From: an uncultured Planctomycetales bacterium
GTDB taxonomy: Bacteria; Planctomycetota; UBA1135
Assembly (NCBI GenBank): GCA_964482495.1
Contig: CAYZXS010000002.1
Coordinates: forward strand, 20,856 to 84,855
Length of the DNA: 64,000 bases
Reading direction: 5' to 3'
A model generated the notes under the pieces. The model ran no database searches, was not told where the DNA came from, and worked only from the letters and a program-made list of their open reading frames with translations. Of the stretch, positions 63,099-64,000 are shown piece after piece; position 1 is the stretch's first letter; each line of letters begins with the position of its first letter. The translations under genes were made by a program, and so were the position numbers.

Positions 63099-64000
63099 AT
63101 GAGCGATCCCGACACCCGCTACTCCTCGCCCCTGGCCGCCCGCTACGCCAGCAAGGTGATGCAGGAGAACTTCTCCGCCCGGCGCCGGGCCCTGGTCTGG
63201 CGCGACCTCTGGATCGCCCTCGCCGAGAGCGAGCGCGAACTCGGCCTCGAGATCAGCGAGGAGCAGCTGCAGGCCCTGCAGGACGCCCGCGAGGACCTCG
63301 ATCTGGAGCGGGTGGCCGAGCTGGAGCGGGAGCTGCGCCACGACGTCATGGCCCACGTCCACGCCTTCGGCGAGAAGGCGCCCGCCGCCCAGGGAATCCT
63401 GCACCTGGGGGCGACCTCCTGCTACGTCGCCGACGGCGCCGACCTGGTCCTGATCCAGGAAGGCTTGCGGATCGTGCGGGCGCGGATCGTCGGCGTCGCG
63501 CGGGCCCTGAACGACTTCTGCCGCGAGCAGCGCGACCAGCCGATCCTGGGCTTCACCCACTTCCAGCCGGCCCAGCCGACCACCCTCGGCAAGCGCGCGG
63601 CGCTGTGGCTGCAGGACTTCCTGCTCGACCTCGAGGAGGTCGAGTCGCTGCTCGACCGCTTGCCTTTCCGCGGCGTCAAGGGCACCACCGGCACCCAGGC
63701 CAGCTTCCTGCAGCTCTTCGACGGCGACCATGACAAGGTGCGCCAGCTCGACCGCATGGTCACCGAGCGCATGGGATTCACCCGCTCCGTCGCCGTCTGC
63801 GGCCAGACCTACCCGCGCAAGTGGGACGGCCTGGTGCTGCACGCGCTGGCCGGGCTGGCGGCCTCGGCGGCCAAGTTCGCGGTCGACATCCGGCTCCTGG
63901 CGCACCGCCGCGAGGTCGAGGAGCCCTTCGGCAAGAAGCAGATCGGCTCCTCCGCCATGCCCTACAAGCGCAACCCGATGCGCAGCGAGCGCATCGGCGC
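63099..64000 (+). CDS. purB: Adenylosuccinate lyase (5' portion; runs off the right edge)
   Basis: This ORF is not in the supplied track because it is open at the window end. The ATG at 63099 gives MSDPDTRYSSPLAARYASKVMQENFS...HLGATSCYV...GFTHFQPAQPTTLGKR...GVKGTTGTQASF...IGSSAMPYKRNPMRSE. Confidence 0.9.
   Translation, partial: MSDPDTRYSSPLAARYASKVMQENFSARRRALVWRDLWIALAESERELGLEISEEQLQALQDAREDLDLERVAELERELRHDVMAHVHAFGEKAPAAQGILHLGATSCYVADGADLVLIQEGLRIVRARIVGVARALNDFCREQRDQPILGFTHFQPAQPTTLGKRAALWLQDFLLDLEEVESLLDRLPFRGVKGTTGTQASFLQLFDGDHDKVRQLDRMVTERMGFTRSVAVCGQTYPRKWDGLVLHALAGLAASAAKFAVDIRLLAHRREVEEPFGKKQIGSSAMPYKRNPMRSERIG

Overview
This is a very GC-rich, gene-dense bacterial chromosomal segment. 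I cannot fix the lineage from this window alone. I call about 66 protein-coding genes and 2 tandem tRNA-Ser genes, and find no rRNA, CRISPR array, transposase or integrase. Many neighbouring genes are joined by ATGA/GTGA/TGATG start-stop overlaps, so operon structure is easy to read.

Most of the content is housekeeping:
- Fe-S assembly: iscR-iscS-iscU-iscA followed by the start of hscB.
- Protein quality control: clpC with a McsA-like partner, plus HtrA, S41 and S1 proteases.
- Cell wall and isoprenoids: murD, ispD and ispF.
- DNA repair and uptake: ogt, dprA, ruvC and a ComEA-like gene.
- Nucleotide, cofactor and RNA modification: hpt, mtnP, nadC, purB (partial), and RluA-family and TruD pseudouridine synthases.
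- Other: cysE, hyuA/hyuB, a MATE exporter and an MsbA-like ABC exporter.
- Glycan use: a Tat-exported glycosylasparaginase with GH95 and GH29 fucosidases.
- Regulation: an ECF sigma/anti-sigma pair, an XRE regulator, a TetR regulator and an HD-GYP response regulator.

The most interesting region is about 25.9-35.4 kb. It holds a radical-SAM (ArsS/TIGR04167-type) plus ArsM-type methyltransferase cluster, with both 'rSAM/selenodomain-associated' transferases (DUF2064/TIGR04282-type and GT2/TIGR04283-type), a TVP38/DedA membrane protein and a MerA-like flavoprotein disulfide reductase. Inside this cluster two genes carry a single in-frame TGA exactly at a cysteine of a CxxC redox motif: an AhpD-like peroxidase-related protein (CHY-TGA) and a DUF3179 protein (TGA-PLC). 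Each TGA is followed 14-18 nt later by a 6-bp hairpin whose loop starts CGUGU. I read these as candidate selenocysteine codons with SECIS elements, not pseudogenes.

The second notable signal is a family of AT-rich nested palindromes built on TCGATT(n0-3)AATCGA. Three copies were seen, each in a 3' UTR between a stop codon and a GC-rich terminator hairpin. One copy supplies the stop codon of the MATE gene.

The many long antisense ORFs in the six-frame track are GC-driven shadow ORFs and were rejected.
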